DNA of 64,000 bases from Eledone cirrhosa (taxonomy: Eukaryota): positions 248,558,001 to 248,622,000 of the forward strand of contig OZ024741.1 in assembly GCA_964016885.1 (NCBI GenBank). The letters are read 5' to 3'. Numbering within the stretch: the stretch's first letter is position 1; every line of letters begins with the position of its first letter. Under the pieces are notes generated by a model. The model did not search any database and was not told the DNA's origin. It saw only the letters and a program-made list of their open reading frames with translations. Shown in pieces: positions 26,501 to 41,500 of this stretch. The translations under genes and the position numbers were made by a program.

Positions 26501-29500
26501 AGCCAAGGAGAGATAACATTTAAAAAATTCAGGCGGAGATAATTTGTAAAAAAAATCAGGGGGAGATAATTTGTAAAAAAATCAGGGGGAGATAATTTGT
26601 AAAAAAAATCAGGGGTAGATAATTTCCAGCCGTCCAAGGGGAGATAATTTCCATCCTTCCAAGGGGAGATAATTTCCAGCCGTCCAAGGGGAGATAATTT
26701 CCCGCCAGCCAAGGAGAGATAATATTTAAAAAAATCAGGCGGAGATAATTTGTAAAAAAAATCAGGCGGAGATAATTTGTAAAAAAAAATCAGGGGGAGA
26801 TAATTTGTAAAAAAAAATCAGGGGGAGATAATTTGTAAAAAAAAATCAGGGGGAGATAATTTGTAAAAAAAATCAAGGGGAGATAATTTCCAGCCGTCCA
26901 AGGGGAGATAATTTTCAGCCGTCCAAGGAGAGGTAAATTCTAGCCGTCCAAGGAGATATAATTTCCAGCCGTCCAAGGGGAGATAATTTCCAGCCGTCCA
27001 AGGGGAGATAATTTTTAAAAAAAAATCAGGCGGAGATAATTTGTAAACAAAAATCAGGGGGAGATAATTTTTAAAAAAAAATCAGGGGGAGATAATTTGT
27101 AAAAAAAATCAAGGGGAGATAATTTCCAGCCGTCCAAGGGGAGGTAATATCTAGCCATCCAAGGGGAGATAATTTCCAGCCGTCCAAGGGGAGATAATTT
27201 CCAGCCGTCCAAGGGGAGATAATATCCAGCCGTCCAAGGAGACATATTTTCCAGCCGTCCAAGGAGAGGTAATTTCTAGCCGTCCAAGGGGAGATAAGTT
27301 CCAGCCTCCAAGGGGAGATAATTTCCAGCCAGCCAAGGGGAGATAATTTGTAAAAAAATCAGGGGGGAGATAATTTGTAAAAAAAATCAGGGGGAGATAA
27401 TTTGAAAAAAAAATCAGGGGGAGATAATTTGTAAAAAATATCAAGGGGAGATAATTTCCAGCCCTCCAAGGGGCTATAATTTCCAGCCGTGCAAGGGGAG
27501 ATAATTTCCAGCCGTCCAAGGGGAGATAATTTCCATCCTTCCAAGGGGAGATAATTTCCAGCCGTCCAAGGGGAGATAATTTCCAGCCGTCCAAGGGAAG
27601 ATAATTTTTTAAAAAATCAGGCGGAGATTGTAAAAAAAATCAGGGGGAGATAATTTGTAAAAAAATCAGGGGGAGATAATTTGTAAAAAAAAATCAGGGG
27701 GAGATAATTTGTAAAAAAAAATCAGGGGGAGATAATTTGTAAAAAAATCAGGGGGAGATAATTTGTAAAAAAAATCAGGGGTAGATAATTTGTAAAAAAA
27801 ATCAGGGGGAGATAATTTGTAAAAAAAATCAGGGGGAGATAATTTGTAAAAAAAATCAGGGGTAGATAATTTTCAGCCGTCCAAGGGGAGATAATTTCCA
27901 TCCTTCCAAGGGGAGATAATTTCCAGCCGTCCAAGGGGAGATAATTTCCAGCCAGCCAAGGAGAGATAACATTTAAAAAAATCAGGCGGAGATAATTTGT
28001 AAAAAAATCAGGGGGAGATAATTTGTAAAAAAAATCAGGGGTAGATAATTTTCAGCCGTCCAAGGGGAGATAATTTCCATCCTTCCAAGGGGAGATAATT
28101 TCCAGCCGTCCAAGGGGAGATAATTTCCCGCCAGCCAAGGAGAGATAACATTTAAAAAAATCAGGGGGAGATAATTTGTAAAAAAAAATCAGGGGTAGAT
28201 AATTTGTAAACAAAAATCAGGGGGAGATAATTTGTAAAAAAAATCAAGGGGAGATAATTTGTAAAAAAAAATCAGGGGTAGATAATTTGTAAAAAAAAAT
28301 CAGGGGGAGATAATTTGTAAAAAAAAAATCAGGGGGAGATAATTTGTAAAAAAATCAAGGGGAGATAATTTCCAGCCGTCCAAGGGGAGATAATTTTCAG
28401 CCGTCCAAGGAGAGGTAATTTCTAGCCGTCCAAGGGGAGATAATTTCCAGCCAGCCAAGGGGAGATAATTTGTAAAAAAATCAGATGTAGATAATTTGTC
28501 AAAAAAAATCAGGGGGAGATAATTTGTAAAAAAAATCAGGGGGAGATAATTTGTAAAAAAAAATCAGGGGTAGATAATTTGTAAAAAAAAATCAGGGGTA
28601 GATAATTTGTAAAAAAAAATCAGGGGGAGATAATTTGTAAAAAAAAAATCAGGGGGAGATAATTTGTAAAAAAAATCAGGGGGAGATAATTTGTAGAAAA
28701 AATCAGGGGTAGATAATTTGTAAAAAAAATCAGGGGGAGATAATTTGTAAAAAAAATCAGGGGGAGATAATTTGTAAAAAAAATCAAGGGGAGATAATTT
28801 CCAGCCGTCCAAGGGGAGATAATTTTCAGCCGTCCAAGGAGGTAATTTCTAGCCGTCCAAGGGGAGATAATTTCCAGCCGTCCAAGGGGAGATAATTTTT
28901 TTAAAAAAATCAGGCGGAGATAATTTGTAAACAAAAATCAGGGGGAGATAATTTGTAAAAAAAAATCAGGGGGAGATAATTTGTAAAAAAAAATCAGGGG
29001 GAGATAATTTGTAAAAAAAATCAAGGGGAGATAATTTCCAGCCGTCCAAGGGGAGGTAATATCTAGCCATCCAAGAGGAGATAATTTCCAGCCGTCCAAG
29101 GGGAGATAATTTCCAGCCGTCCAAGGGGAGATAATATCCAGCCGTCCAAGGAGACATATTTTCCAGCCGTCCAAGGAGACGTAATTTCTAGCCGTCCAAG
29201 GGGAGATAAGTTCCAGCCTCCAAGGGGAGATAATTTCCAGCCAGCCAAGGGGAGATAATTTGTAAAAAAATTAGGGGGAGATAATTTGTAAAAAAAAATT
29301 AGGGGGAGATAATTTGTAAAAAAAAATCAGGGGGAGATAATTTGTAAAAAAAAATCAGGGGGAGATAATTTGTAAAAAAAATCAAGGGGAGATAATTTCC
29401 AGCCAGCCAAGGGGAGATAATTTGTAAAAAAATTAGGGGGAGATAATTTGTAAAAAAAAATTAGGGGGAGATAATTTGTAAAAAAAAATCAGGGGGAGAT

Positions 29501-32500
29501 AATTTGTAAAAAAAAATCAGGGGGAGATAATTTGTAAAAAAAAATCAGGGGGAGATAATTTGTAAAAAAAAAATCAGGCGGAGATAATTTGTAAAAAAAT
29601 CAAGGGGAGATAATTTCCAGCCGTCCAAGGGGAGATAATTTTCAGCCGTCCAAGGAGAGGTAATTTCTATCCGTCCAAGGGGAGATAATTTCCAGCCGTC
29701 CAAGGGGAGATAATTTTTTTAAAAAAATCAGGCGGAGATAATTTGTAAACAAAAATCAGGGGGAGATAATTTGTAAAAAAAAATCAGGGGGAGATAATTT
29801 GTAAAAAAAATCAGGGGGAGATAATTTGTAAAAAAAATCAAGGGGAGATAATTTGTAAAAAAAAATCAGGGGTAGATAATTTGTAAAAAAAAATCAGGGG
29901 TAGATAATTTGTAAAAAAAAAATCAGGGGGAGATAATTTGTAAAAAAATCAAGGGGAGATAATTTCCAGCCGTCCAAGGGGAGATAATTTTCAGCCGTCC
30001 AAGGAGAGGTAATTTCTAGCCGTCCAAGGGGAGATAATTTCCAGCCAGCCAAGGGGAGATAATTTGTAAAAAAATCAGGGGTAGATAATTTGTAAAAAAA
30101 AATCAGGGGGAGATAATTTGTAAAAAAAATCAGGGGGAGATAATTTGTAAAAAAAATCAGGGGTACATAATTTCCAGCCGTCCAAGGGGAGATAATTTCC
30201 ATCCTTCCAAGGGGAGATAATTTCCAGCCGTCCAAGGGGAGATAATTTCCCGCCAGCCAAGGAGAGATAACATTTAAAAAAATCAGGCGGAGATAATTTG
30301 TAAAAAAAATCAGGGGGAGATAATTTGTAAAAAAATCAGGGGGAGATAATTTGTAAAAAAAAATCAGGGGTAGATAATTTCCAGCCGTCCAAGGGGAGAT
30401 AATTTCCATCCTTCCAAGGGGAGATAATTTCCAGCCGTCCAAGGGGAGATAATTTCCCGCCAGCCAAGGAGAGATAATATTTAAAAAAATCAGGCGGAGA
30501 TAATTTGTAAAAAAAATCAGGGGGAGATAATTTGTAAAAAAATCAGGAGGAGATAATTTGTAAAAAAAAATCAGGGGAGATAATTTGTAAAAAAAATCAG
30601 GGGGAGATAATTTGTAAAAAAAAATCAGGGGTAGATAATTTGTAAAAAAAATCAGGGGGAGATAATTTGTAAAAAAAAAATCAGGGGGAGATAATTTGTA
30701 AAAAAATCAAGGGGAGATAATTTCCAGCCGTCCAAGGGGAGATAATTTTCAGCCGTCCAAGGAGGTAATTTCTAGCCGTCCAAGGGGAGATAATTTCCAG
30801 CCGTCCAAGGGGAGATAATTTTTTAAAAAAAATCAGGCGGAGATAATTTGTAAACAAAAATCAGGGGGAGATAATTTGTAAAAAAAAATCAGGGGGAGAT
30901 AATTTGTAAAAAAAAATCAGGGGGAGATAATTTGTAAAAAAAATCAAGGGGAGATAATTTCCAGCCGTCCAAGGTGAGGTAATATCTAGCCATCCAAGGG
31001 GAGATAATTTCCAGCCGTCCAAGGGGAGATAATTTCCAGCCGTCCAAGGGGAGATAATATCCAGCCGTCCAAGGAGACATATTTTCCAGCCGTCCAAGGA
31101 GAGGTAATTTCTAGCCGTCCAAGGGGAGATAAGTTCCAGCCTCCAAGGGGAGATAATTTCCAGCCAGCCAAGGGGAGATAATTTGTAAAAAAATCAGGGG
31201 GAGATAATTTGTAAAAAAAAAATCAGGGGGAGATAATTTGTAAAAAAATCAGGGGGAGATAATTTGTAAAAAAAAATCAGGGGGAGATAATTTGTAAAAA
31301 AAATCAGGGGGAGATAATTTGTAGAAAAAATCAGGGGTAGATAATTTGTAAAAAAAATCAGGGGGAGATAATTTGTAAAAAAAATCAGGGGGAGATAATT
31401 TGTAAAAAAAATCAGGGGTAGATAATTTTCAGCCGTCCAAGGGGAGATAATTTCCATCCTTCCAAGGGGAGATAATTTCCAGCCGTCCAAGGGGAGATAA
31501 TTTCCCGCCAGCCAAGGAGAGATAACATTTAAAAAAATCAGGCGGAGATAATTTCTAAAAAAAATCAGGGGGAGATAATTTGTAAAAAAATCAGGGGGAG
31601 ATAATTTGTAAAAAAAATCAGGGGTAGATAATTTCCAGCCGTCCAAGGGGAGATAATTTCCATCCTTCCAAGGGGAGATAATTTCCAGCCGTCCAAGGGG
31701 AGATAATTTCCGGCCAGCCAAGGAGAGATAATATTTAAAAAAATCAGGCGGAGATAATTTGTAAAAAAAATCAGGGGGAGATAATTTGTAAAAAAATCAG
31801 GGGGAGATAATTTGTAAAAAAAAATCAGGGGGAGATAATTTGTAAAAAAATCAGGGGGAGATAATTTGTAAAAAAAATCAGGGGTAGATAATTTGTAAAA
31901 AAAAATCAGGGGGAGATAATTTGTAAAAAAAAAATCAGGGGGAGATAATTTGTAAAAAAATCAAGGGGAGATAATTTCCAGCCGTCCAAGGGGAGATAAT
32001 TTCCATCCTTCCAAGGGGAGATAATTTCCAGCCGTCCAAGGGGAGATAATTTCCCGCCAGCCAAGGAGAGATAACATTTAAAAAAATCAGGCGGAGATAA
32101 TTTCTAAAAAAAATCAGGGGGAGATAATTTGTAAAAAAATCAGGGGGAGATAATTTGTAAAAAAAATCAGGGGTAGATAATTTCCAGCCGTCCAAGGGGA
32201 GATAATTTCCATCCTTCCAAGGGGAGATAATTTCCAGCCGTCCAAGGGGAGATAATTTCCGGCCAGCCAACGAGAGATAATATTTAAAAAAATCAGGCGG
32301 AGATAATTTGTAAAAAAAATCAGGGGGAGATAATTTGTAAAAAAATCAGGGGGAGATAATTTGTAAAAAAAAATCAGGGGGAGATAATTTGTAAAAAAAA
32401 TCAGGGGGAGATAATTTGTAAAAAAAATCAGGGGTAGATAATTTGTAAAAAAAAATCAGGGGGAGATAATTTGTAAAAAAAAAATCAGGGGGAGATAATT

Positions 32501-35500
32501 TGTAAAAAAATCAAGGGGAGATAATTTCCAGCCGTCCAAGGGGAGATAATTTTCAGCCGTCCAAGGAGAGGTAATTTCTAGCCGTCCAAGGGGAGATAAT
32601 TTCCAGCCGTCCAAGGGGAGATAATTTTTTTAAAAAAATCAGGCGGAGATAATTTGTAAACAAAAATCAGGGGGAGATAATTTGTAAAAAAAAATCAGGG
32701 GGAGATAATTTGTAAAAAAAAATCAGGGGGAGATAATTTGTAAAAAAAATCAAGGGGAGATAATTTCCAGCCGTCCAAGGGGAGGTAATATCTAGCCATC
32801 CAAGGGGAGATAATTTCCAGCCGTCCAAGGGGAGATAATATCCAGCCGTCCAAGGAGACATATTTTCCAGCCGTCCAAGGAGAGGTAATTTCTAGCCGTC
32901 CAAGGGGAGATAAGTTCCAGCCTCCAAGGGGAGATAATTTCCCGCCAGCCAAGGAGAGATAACATTTAAAAAAATCAGGCGGAGATAATTTGTAAAAAAA
33001 ATCAGGGGGAGATAATTTGTAAAAAAATCAGGGGGAGATAATTTGTAAAAAAAATCAGGGGTAGATAATTTCCAGCCGTCCAAGGGGAGATAATTTCCAT
33101 CCTTCCAAGGGGAGATAATTTCCAGCCGTCCAAGGGGAGATAATTTCCCGCCAGCCAAGGAGAGATAATATTTAAAAAAATCAGGCGGAGATAATTTGTA
33201 AAAAAAATCAGGGGGAGATAATTTGTAAAAAAATCAGGGGGAGATAATTTGTAAAAAAAAATCAGGGGGAGATAATTTGTAAAAAAAATCAGGGGAAGAT
33301 AATTTGTAAAAAAAAATCAGGGGTAGATAATTTGTAAAAAAAAATCAGGGGGAGATAATTTGTAAAAAAAAATCAGGGGGAGATAATTTGTAAAAAAATC
33401 AAGGGGAGATAATTTCCAGCCGTCCAAGGGGAGATAATTTTCAGCCGTCCAAGGAGAGGTAATTTCTAGCCGTCCAAGGGGAGATAATTTCCAGCCGTCC
33501 AAGGGGAGATAATTTTTTTAAAAAAATCAGGCGGAGATAATTTGTAAACAAAAATCAGGGGGAGATAATTTGTAAAAAAAAATCAGGGGGAGATAATTTG
33601 TAAAAAAAAATCAGGGGGAGATAATTTGTAAAAAAAATCAAGGGGAGATAATTTCCAGCCGTCCAAGGGGAGGTAATATCTAGCCATCCAAGGGGAGATA
33701 ATTTCCAGCCGTCCAAGGGGAGATAATTTCCAGCCGTCCAAGGGGAGATAATATCCAGCCGTCCAAGGAGACATATTTTCCAGCCGTCCAAGGAGACGTA
33801 ATTTCTAGCCGTCCAAGGGGAGATAAGTTCCAGCCTCCAAGGGGAGATAATTTCCAGCCAGCCAAGGGGAGATAATTTGTAAAAAAATTAGGGGGAGATA
33901 ATTTGTAAAAAAAAATTAGGGGGAGATAATTTGTAAAAAAAAATCAGGGGGAGATAATTTGTAAAAAAAAATCAGGGGGAGATAATTTGTAAAAAAAAAT
34001 CAGGGGGAGATAATTTGTAAAAAAAATCAAGGGGAGATAATTTCCAGCCGTCCAAGGGGAGATAATTTTCAGCCGTCCAAGGAGAGGTAAATTCTAGCCG
34101 TCCAAGGAGATATAATTTCCAGCCGTCCAAGGGGAGATAATTTCCAGCCGTCCAAGGGGAGATAATTTTTAAAAAAAAATCAGGCGGAGATAATTTGTAA
34201 ACAAAAATCAGGGGGAGATAATTTTTAAAAAAAAATCAGGGGGAGATAATTTGTAAAAAAAAATCAGGGGGAGATAATTTGTAAAAAAAATCAAGGGGAG
34301 ATAATTTCCAGCCGTCCAAGGGGAGGTAATATCTAGCCATCCAAGGGGAGATAATTTCCAGCCGTCCAAGGGGAGATAATTTCCAGCCGTCCAAGGGGAG
34401 ATAATATCCAGCCGTCCAAGGAGACATATTTTCCAGCCGTCCAAGGAGAGGTAATTTCTAGCCGTCCAAGGGGAGATAAGTTCCAGCCTCCAAGGGGAGA
34501 TAATTTCCAGCCAGCCAAGGGGAGATAATTTGTAAAAAAATCAGGGGGGAGATAATTTGTAAAAAAAATCAGGGGGAGATAATTTGAAAAAAAAATCAGG
34601 GGGAGATAATTTGTAAAAAATATCAAGGGGAGATAATTTCCAGCCCTCCAAGGGGCTATAATTTCCAGCCGTGCAAGGGGAGATAATTTCCAGCCGTCCA
34701 AGGGGAGATAATTTCCATCCTTCCAAGGGGAGATAATTTCCAGCCGTCCAAGGGGAGATAATTTCCCGCCAGCCAAGGGAAGATAATTTTTTAAAAAATC
34801 AGGCGGAGATTGTAAAAAAAATCAGGGGGAGATAATTTGTAAAAAAATCAGGGGGAGATAATTTGTAAAAAAAATCAGGGGGAGATAATTTGTAAAAAAA
34901 AATCAGGGGGAGATAATTTGTAAAAAAAATCAGGGGGAGATAATTTGTAAAAAAAATCAGGGGTAGATAATTTGTAAAAAAAATCAGGGGGAGATAATTT
35001 GTAAAAAAAATCAGGGGGAGATAATTTGTAAAAAAAATCAGGGGTAGATAATTTTCAGCCGTCCAAGGGGAGATAATTTCCATCCTTCCAAGGGGAGATA
35101 ATTTCCAGCCGTCCAAGGGGAGATAATTTCCCGCCAGCCAAGGAGAGATAACATTTAAAAAAATCAGGCGGAGATAATTTGTAAAAAAATCAGGGGGAGA
35201 TAATTTGTAAAAAAAAATCAGGGGGAGATAATAAGTAAAAAAAAATCAGGGGGAGATAATTTGTAAAAAAAAATCAGGGGTAGATAATTTGTAAAAAAAA
35301 ATCAGGGGGAGATAATTTGTAAAAAAAAAATCAGGGGGAGATAATTTGTAAAAAAATCAAGGGGAGATAATTTCCAGCCGTCCAAGGGGAGATAATTTTC
35401 AGCCGTCCAAGGAGAGGTAATTTCTAGCCGTCCAAGGGGAGATAATTTCCAGCCGTCCAAGGGGAGATAATTTTTTTAAAAAAATCAGGCGGAGATAATT

Positions 35501-38500
35501 TGTAAACAAAAATCAGGGGGAGATAATTTGTAAAAAAAAATCAGGGGGAGATAATTTGTAAAAAAAAATCAGGGGGAGATAATTTGTAAAAAAAATCAAG
35601 GGGAGATAATTTGTAAAAAAAAATCAGGGGTAGATAATTTGTAAAAAAAAATCAGGGGGAAATAATTTGTAAAAAAAAAATCAGGGGGAGATAATTTGTA
35701 AAAAAATGAAGGGGAGATAATTTCCAGCCGTCCAAGGGGAGATAATTTTCAGCCGTCCAAGGAGAGGTAATTTCTAGCCGTCCAAGGGGAGATAATTTCC
35801 AGCCAGCCAAGGGGAGATAATTTGTAAAAAAATCAGATGTAGATAATTTGTAAAAAAAAATCAGGGGGAGATAATTTGTAAAAAAAATCAGGGGGAGATA
35901 ATTTGTAAAAAAAATCAGGGGTAGATAATTTCCAGCCGTCCAAGGGGAGATAATTTCCATCCTTCCAAGGGGAGATAATTTCCAGCCGTCCAAGGGGAGA
36001 TAATTTCCCGCCAGCCAAGGAGAGATAATATTTAAAAAAATCAGGCGGAGATAATTTGTAAAAAAAATCAGGGGGAGATAATTTGTAAAAAAATCAGGGG
36101 GAGATAATTTGTAAAAAAAAATCAGGGGAGATAATTTGTAAAAAAAATCAGGGGGAGATAATTTGTAAAAAAAAATCAGGGGTAGATAATTTGTAAAAAA
36201 AAATCAGGGGGAGATAATTTGTAAAAAAAAAATCAGGGGGAGATAATTTGTAAAAAAATCAAGGGGAGATAATTTCCAGCCGTCCAAGGGGAGATAATTT
36301 TCAGCCGTCCAAGGAGGTAATTTCTAGCCGTCCAAGGGGAGATAATTTCCAGCCGTCCAAGGGGAGATAATTTTTTTTTAAAAATCAGGCGGAGATAATT
36401 TGTAAACAAAAATCAGGGGGAGATAATTTGTAAAAAAAAATCAGGGGGAGATAATTTGTAAAAAAAAATCAGGGGGAGATAATTTGTAAAAAAAATCAAG
36501 GGGAGATAATTTCCAGCCGTCCAAGGGGAGGTAATATCTAGCCATCCAAGGGGAGATAATTTCCAGCCGTCCAAGGGGAGATAATTTCCAGCTGTCCAAG
36601 GGGAGATAATATCCAGCCGTCCAAGGAGACATATTTTCCAGCCGTCCAAGGAGAGGTAATTTCTAGCCGTCCAAGGGGAGATAAGTTCCAGCCTCCAAGG
36701 GGAGAAAATTTCCAGCCAGCCAAGGGGAGATAATTTGTAAAAAAATCAGGGGGAGATAATTTGTAAAAAAAAAATCAGGGGGAGATAATTTGTAAAAAAA
36801 TCAGGGGGAGATAATTTGTAAAAAAAAAATCAGGGGGAGATAATTTGTAAAAAAAATCAGGGGGAGATAATTTGTAGAAAAAATCAGGGGTAGATAATTT
36901 GTAAAAAAAATCAGGGGGAGATAATTTGTAAAAAAATCAGGGGGAGATAATTTGTAAAAAAAATCAGGGGTAGATAATTTTCAGCCGTCCAAGGGGAGAT
37001 AATTTCCATCCTTCCAAGGGGAGATAATTTCCAGCCGTCCAAGGGGAGATAATTTCCCGCCAGCCAAGGAGAGATAACATTTAAAAAAATCAGGCGGAGA
37101 TAATTTGTAAAAAAAATCAGGGGGAGATAATTTGTAAAAAAATCAGGGGGAGATAATTTGTAAAAAAAATCAGGGGTAGATAATTTCCAGCCGTCCAAGG
37201 GGAGATAATTTCCATCCTTCCAAGGGGAGATAATTTCCAGCCGTCCAAGGGGAGATAATTTCCCGCCAGCCAAGGAGAGATAATATTTAAAAAAATCAGG
37301 CGGAGATAATTTGTAAAAAAAATCAGGCGGAGATAATTTGTAAAAAAAAATCAGGGGGAGATAATTTGTAAAAAAAAATCAGGGGGAGATAATTTGTAAA
37401 AAAAAATCAGGGGGAGATAATTTGTAAAAAAAATCAAGGGGAGATAATTTCCAGCCGTCCAAGGGGAGATAATTTTCAGCCGTCCAAGGAGAGGTAAATT
37501 CTAGCCGTCCAAGGAGATATAATTTCCAGCCGTCCAAGGGGAGATAATTTCCAGCCGTCCAAGGGGAGATAATTTTAAAAAAAAAATCAGGCGGAGATAA
37601 TTTGTAAACAAAAATCAGGGGGAGATAATTTTTAAAAAAAAATCAGGGGGAGATAATTTGTAAAAAAAAATCAGGGGGAGATAATTTGTAAAAATAATCA
37701 AGGGGAGATAATTTTCAGCCGTCCAAGGGGAGGTAATATCTAGCCATCCAAGGGGAGATAATTTCGAGCCGTCCAAGGGGAGATAATTTCCAGCCGTCCA
37801 AGGGGAGATAATATCCAGCCGTCCAAGGAGACATATTTTCCAGCCGTCCAAGGAGAGGTAATTTCTAGCCGTCCAAGGGGAGATAAGTGCCAGCCTCCAA
37901 GGGGAGATAATTTCCAGCCAGCCAAGGGGAGATAATTTGTAAAAAAATCAGGGGGGAGATAATTTGTAAAAAAAATCAGGGGGAGATAATTTGAAAAAAA
38001 AATCAGGGGGAGATAATTTGTAAAAAATATGAAGGGGAGATAATTTCCAGCCCTCCAAGGGGCTATAATTTCCAGCCGTGCAAGGGGAGATAATTTCCAG
38101 CCGTCCAAGAGGAGATAATTTCCATCCTTCCAAGGGGAGATAATTTCCAGCCGTCCAAGGGGAGATAATTTCCCGCCAGCCAAGGGAAGATAATTTTTTA
38201 AAAAATCAGGCGGAGATTGTAAAAAAAATCAGGGGGAGATAATTTGTAAAAAAATCAGGGGGAGATAATTTGTAAAAAAAAAATCAGGGGGAGATAATTT
38301 GTAAAAAAAAATCAGGGGGAGATAATTTGTAAAAAAAATCAGGGGGAGATAATTTGTAAAAAAAATCAGGGGTAGATAATTTTCAGCCGTCCAAGGGGAG
38401 ATAATTTCCATCCTTCCAAGGGGAGATAATTTCCAGCCGTCCAAGCGGAGATAATTTCCCGCCAGCCAAGGAGAGATAACATTTAAAAAAATCAGGCGGA

Positions 38501-41500
38501 GATAATTTGTAAAAAAATCAGGGGGAGATAATTTGTAAAAAAAATCAGGGGTAGATAATTTTCAGCCGTCCAAGGGGAGATAATTTCCATCCTTCCAAGG
38601 GGAGATAATTTCCAGCCGTCCAAGGGGAGATAATTTCCCGCCAGCCAAGGAGAGATAGCATTTAAAAAAATCAGGGGGAGATAATTTGTGAAAAAAAATC
38701 AGGGGGAGATAATTCGTAAAAAAAATCAGGGGGAGATAATTTGTAAAAAAATCAAGGGGAGATAATTTCCAGCCGTCCAAGGGGAGATAATTTTCAGCCG
38801 TCCAAGGAGAGGTAATTTCTAGCCGTCCAAGGGGAGATAATTTCCAGCCGTCCAAGGGGAGATAATTTTTTTAAAAAAATCAGGCGGAGATAATTTGTAA
38901 ACAAAAATCAGGGGGAGATAATTTGTAAAAAAAAATCAGGGGGAGATAATTTGTAAAAAAAAATCAGGGGGAGATAATTTGTAAAAAAAATCAAGGGGAG
39001 ATAATTTGTAAAAAAAAATCAGGGGTAGATAATTTGTAAAAAAAAATCAGGGGGAGATAATTTGTAAAAAAAAAATCAGGGGGAGATAATTTGTAAAAAA
39101 ATCAAGGGGAGATAATTTCCAGCCGTCCAAGGGGAGATAATTTTCAGCCGTCCAAGGACAGGTAATTTCTAGCCGTCCAAGGGGAGATAATTTCCAGCCA
39201 GCCAAGGGGAGATAATTTGTAAAAAAATCAGGGGTAGATAATTTGTAAAAAAAAATCAGGGGGAGATAATTTGTAAAAAAAATCAGGGGGAGATAATTTG
39301 TAAAAAAAATCAGGGGTAGATAATTTCCAGCCGTCCAAGGGGAGATAATTTCCATCCTTCCAAGGGGAGACAATTTCCAGCCGTCCAAGGGGAGATAATT
39401 TCCCGCCAGCCAAGGAGAGATAACATTTAAAAAAATCAGGCGGAGATAATTTGTAAAAAAAATCAGGGGGAGATAATTTGTAAAAAAATCAGGGGGAGAT
39501 AATTTGTAAAAAAAATCAGGGGTAGATAATTTCCAGCCGTCCAAGGGGAGATAATTTCCATCCTTCCAAGGGGAGATAATTTCCAGCCGTCCAAGGGGAG
39601 ATAATTTCCCGCCAGCCAAGGAGAGATAATATTTAAAAAAATCAGGCGGAGATAATTTGTAAAAAAAATCAGGGGGAGATAATTTGTAAAAAAATCAGGG
39701 GGAGATAATTTGTAAAAAAAAATCAGGGGAGATAATTTGTAAAAAAAATCAGGGGGAGATAATTTGTAAAAAAAAATCAGGGGTAGATAATTTGTAAAAA
39801 AAAATCAGGGGGAGATAATTTGTAAAAAAAAATCAGGGGGAGATAATTTGTAAAAAAATCAAGGGGAGATAATTTCCAGCCATCCAAGGGGAGATAATTT
39901 TCAGCCGTCCAAGGAGGTAATTTCTAGCCGTCCAAGGGGAGATAATTTCCAGCCGTCCAAGGGGAGATAATTTTTTTTAAAAAATCAGGCGGAGATAATT
40001 TGTAAACAAAAATCAGGGGGAGATAATTTGTAAAAAAAAATCAGGGGGAGATAATTTGTAAAAAAAATCAGGGGGAGATAATTTGTAAAAAAAATCAAGG
40101 GGAGATAATTTCCAGCCGTCCAAGGGGAGGTAATATTTAGCCATCCAAGGGGAGATAATTTCCAGCCGTCCAAGGGGAGATAATTTCCAGCCGTCCAAGG
40201 GGAGATAATATCCAGCCGTCCAAGGAGACATATTTTCCAGCCGTCCAAGGAGAGGTAATTTCTAGCCGTCCAAGGGGAGATAACTTCCAGCCTCCAAGGG
40301 GAGATAATTTCCAGCCAGCCAAGGGGAGATAATTTGTAAAAAAATCAGGGGGGAGATAATTTGTAAAAAAAATCAGGGGGAGATAATTTGAAAAAAAAAT
40401 CAGGGGGAGATAATTTGTAAAAAATATCAATTTGAGATAATTTCCAGCCCTCCAAGGGGCTATAATTTCCAGCCGTGCAAGGGGAGATAATTTCCAGCCG
40501 TCCAAGGGGAGATAATTTCCATCCTTCCAAGGGGAGATAATTTCCAGCCGTCCAAGGGGAGATAATTTCTTGCCAGCCAAGGGAAGATAATTTTTTAAAA
40601 AATCAGGCGGAGATTGTAAAAAAAATCAGGGGGAGATAATTTGTAAAAAAATCAGGGGGAGATAATTTGTAAAAAAAAATCAGGGGGAGATAATTTGTAA
40701 AAAAAAATCAGGGGGAGATAATTTGTAAAAAAAATCAGGGGGAGATAATTTGTAAAAAAAATCAGGGGTAGATAATTTGTAAAAAAAATCAGGGGGAGAT
40801 AATTTGTAAAAAAAATCAGGGGGAGATAATTTGTAAAAAAAATCAGGGGTAGATGATTTTCAGCCGTCCAAGGGGAGATAATTTCCATCCTTCCAAGGGG
40901 AGATAATTTCCAGCCGTCCAAGGGGAGATAATTTCCCGCCAGCCAAGGAGAGATAACATTTAAAAAAATCAGGCGGAGATAATTTGTAAAAAAATCAGGG
41001 GGAGATAATTTGTAAAAAAAATCAGGGGTAGATAATTTTCAGCCGTCCAAGGGGAGATAATTTCCATCCTTCCAAGGGGAGATAATTTCCAGCCGTCCAA
41101 GGGGAGATAATTTCCCGCCAGCCAAGGAGAGATAACATTTAAAAAAATCAGGGGGAGATAATTTGTAAAAAAAAATCAGGGGTAGATAATTTGTAAAAAA
41201 AAATCAGGGGGAGATAATTTGTAAAAAAAAAATCAGGGGGAGATAATTTGTAAAAAAATCAAGGGGAGATAATTTCCAGCCGTCCAAGGGGAGATAATTT
41301 TCAGCCGTCCAAGGAGAGGTAATTTCTAGCCGTCCAAGGGGAGATAATTTCCAGCCGTCCAAGGGGAGATAATTTTTTTAAAAAAATCAGGCGGAGATAA
41401 TTTGTAAACAAAAATCAGGGGGAGATAATTTGTAAAAAAAAATCAGGGGGAGATAATTTGTAAAAAAAAATCAGGGGGAGATAATTTGTAAAAAAAATCA

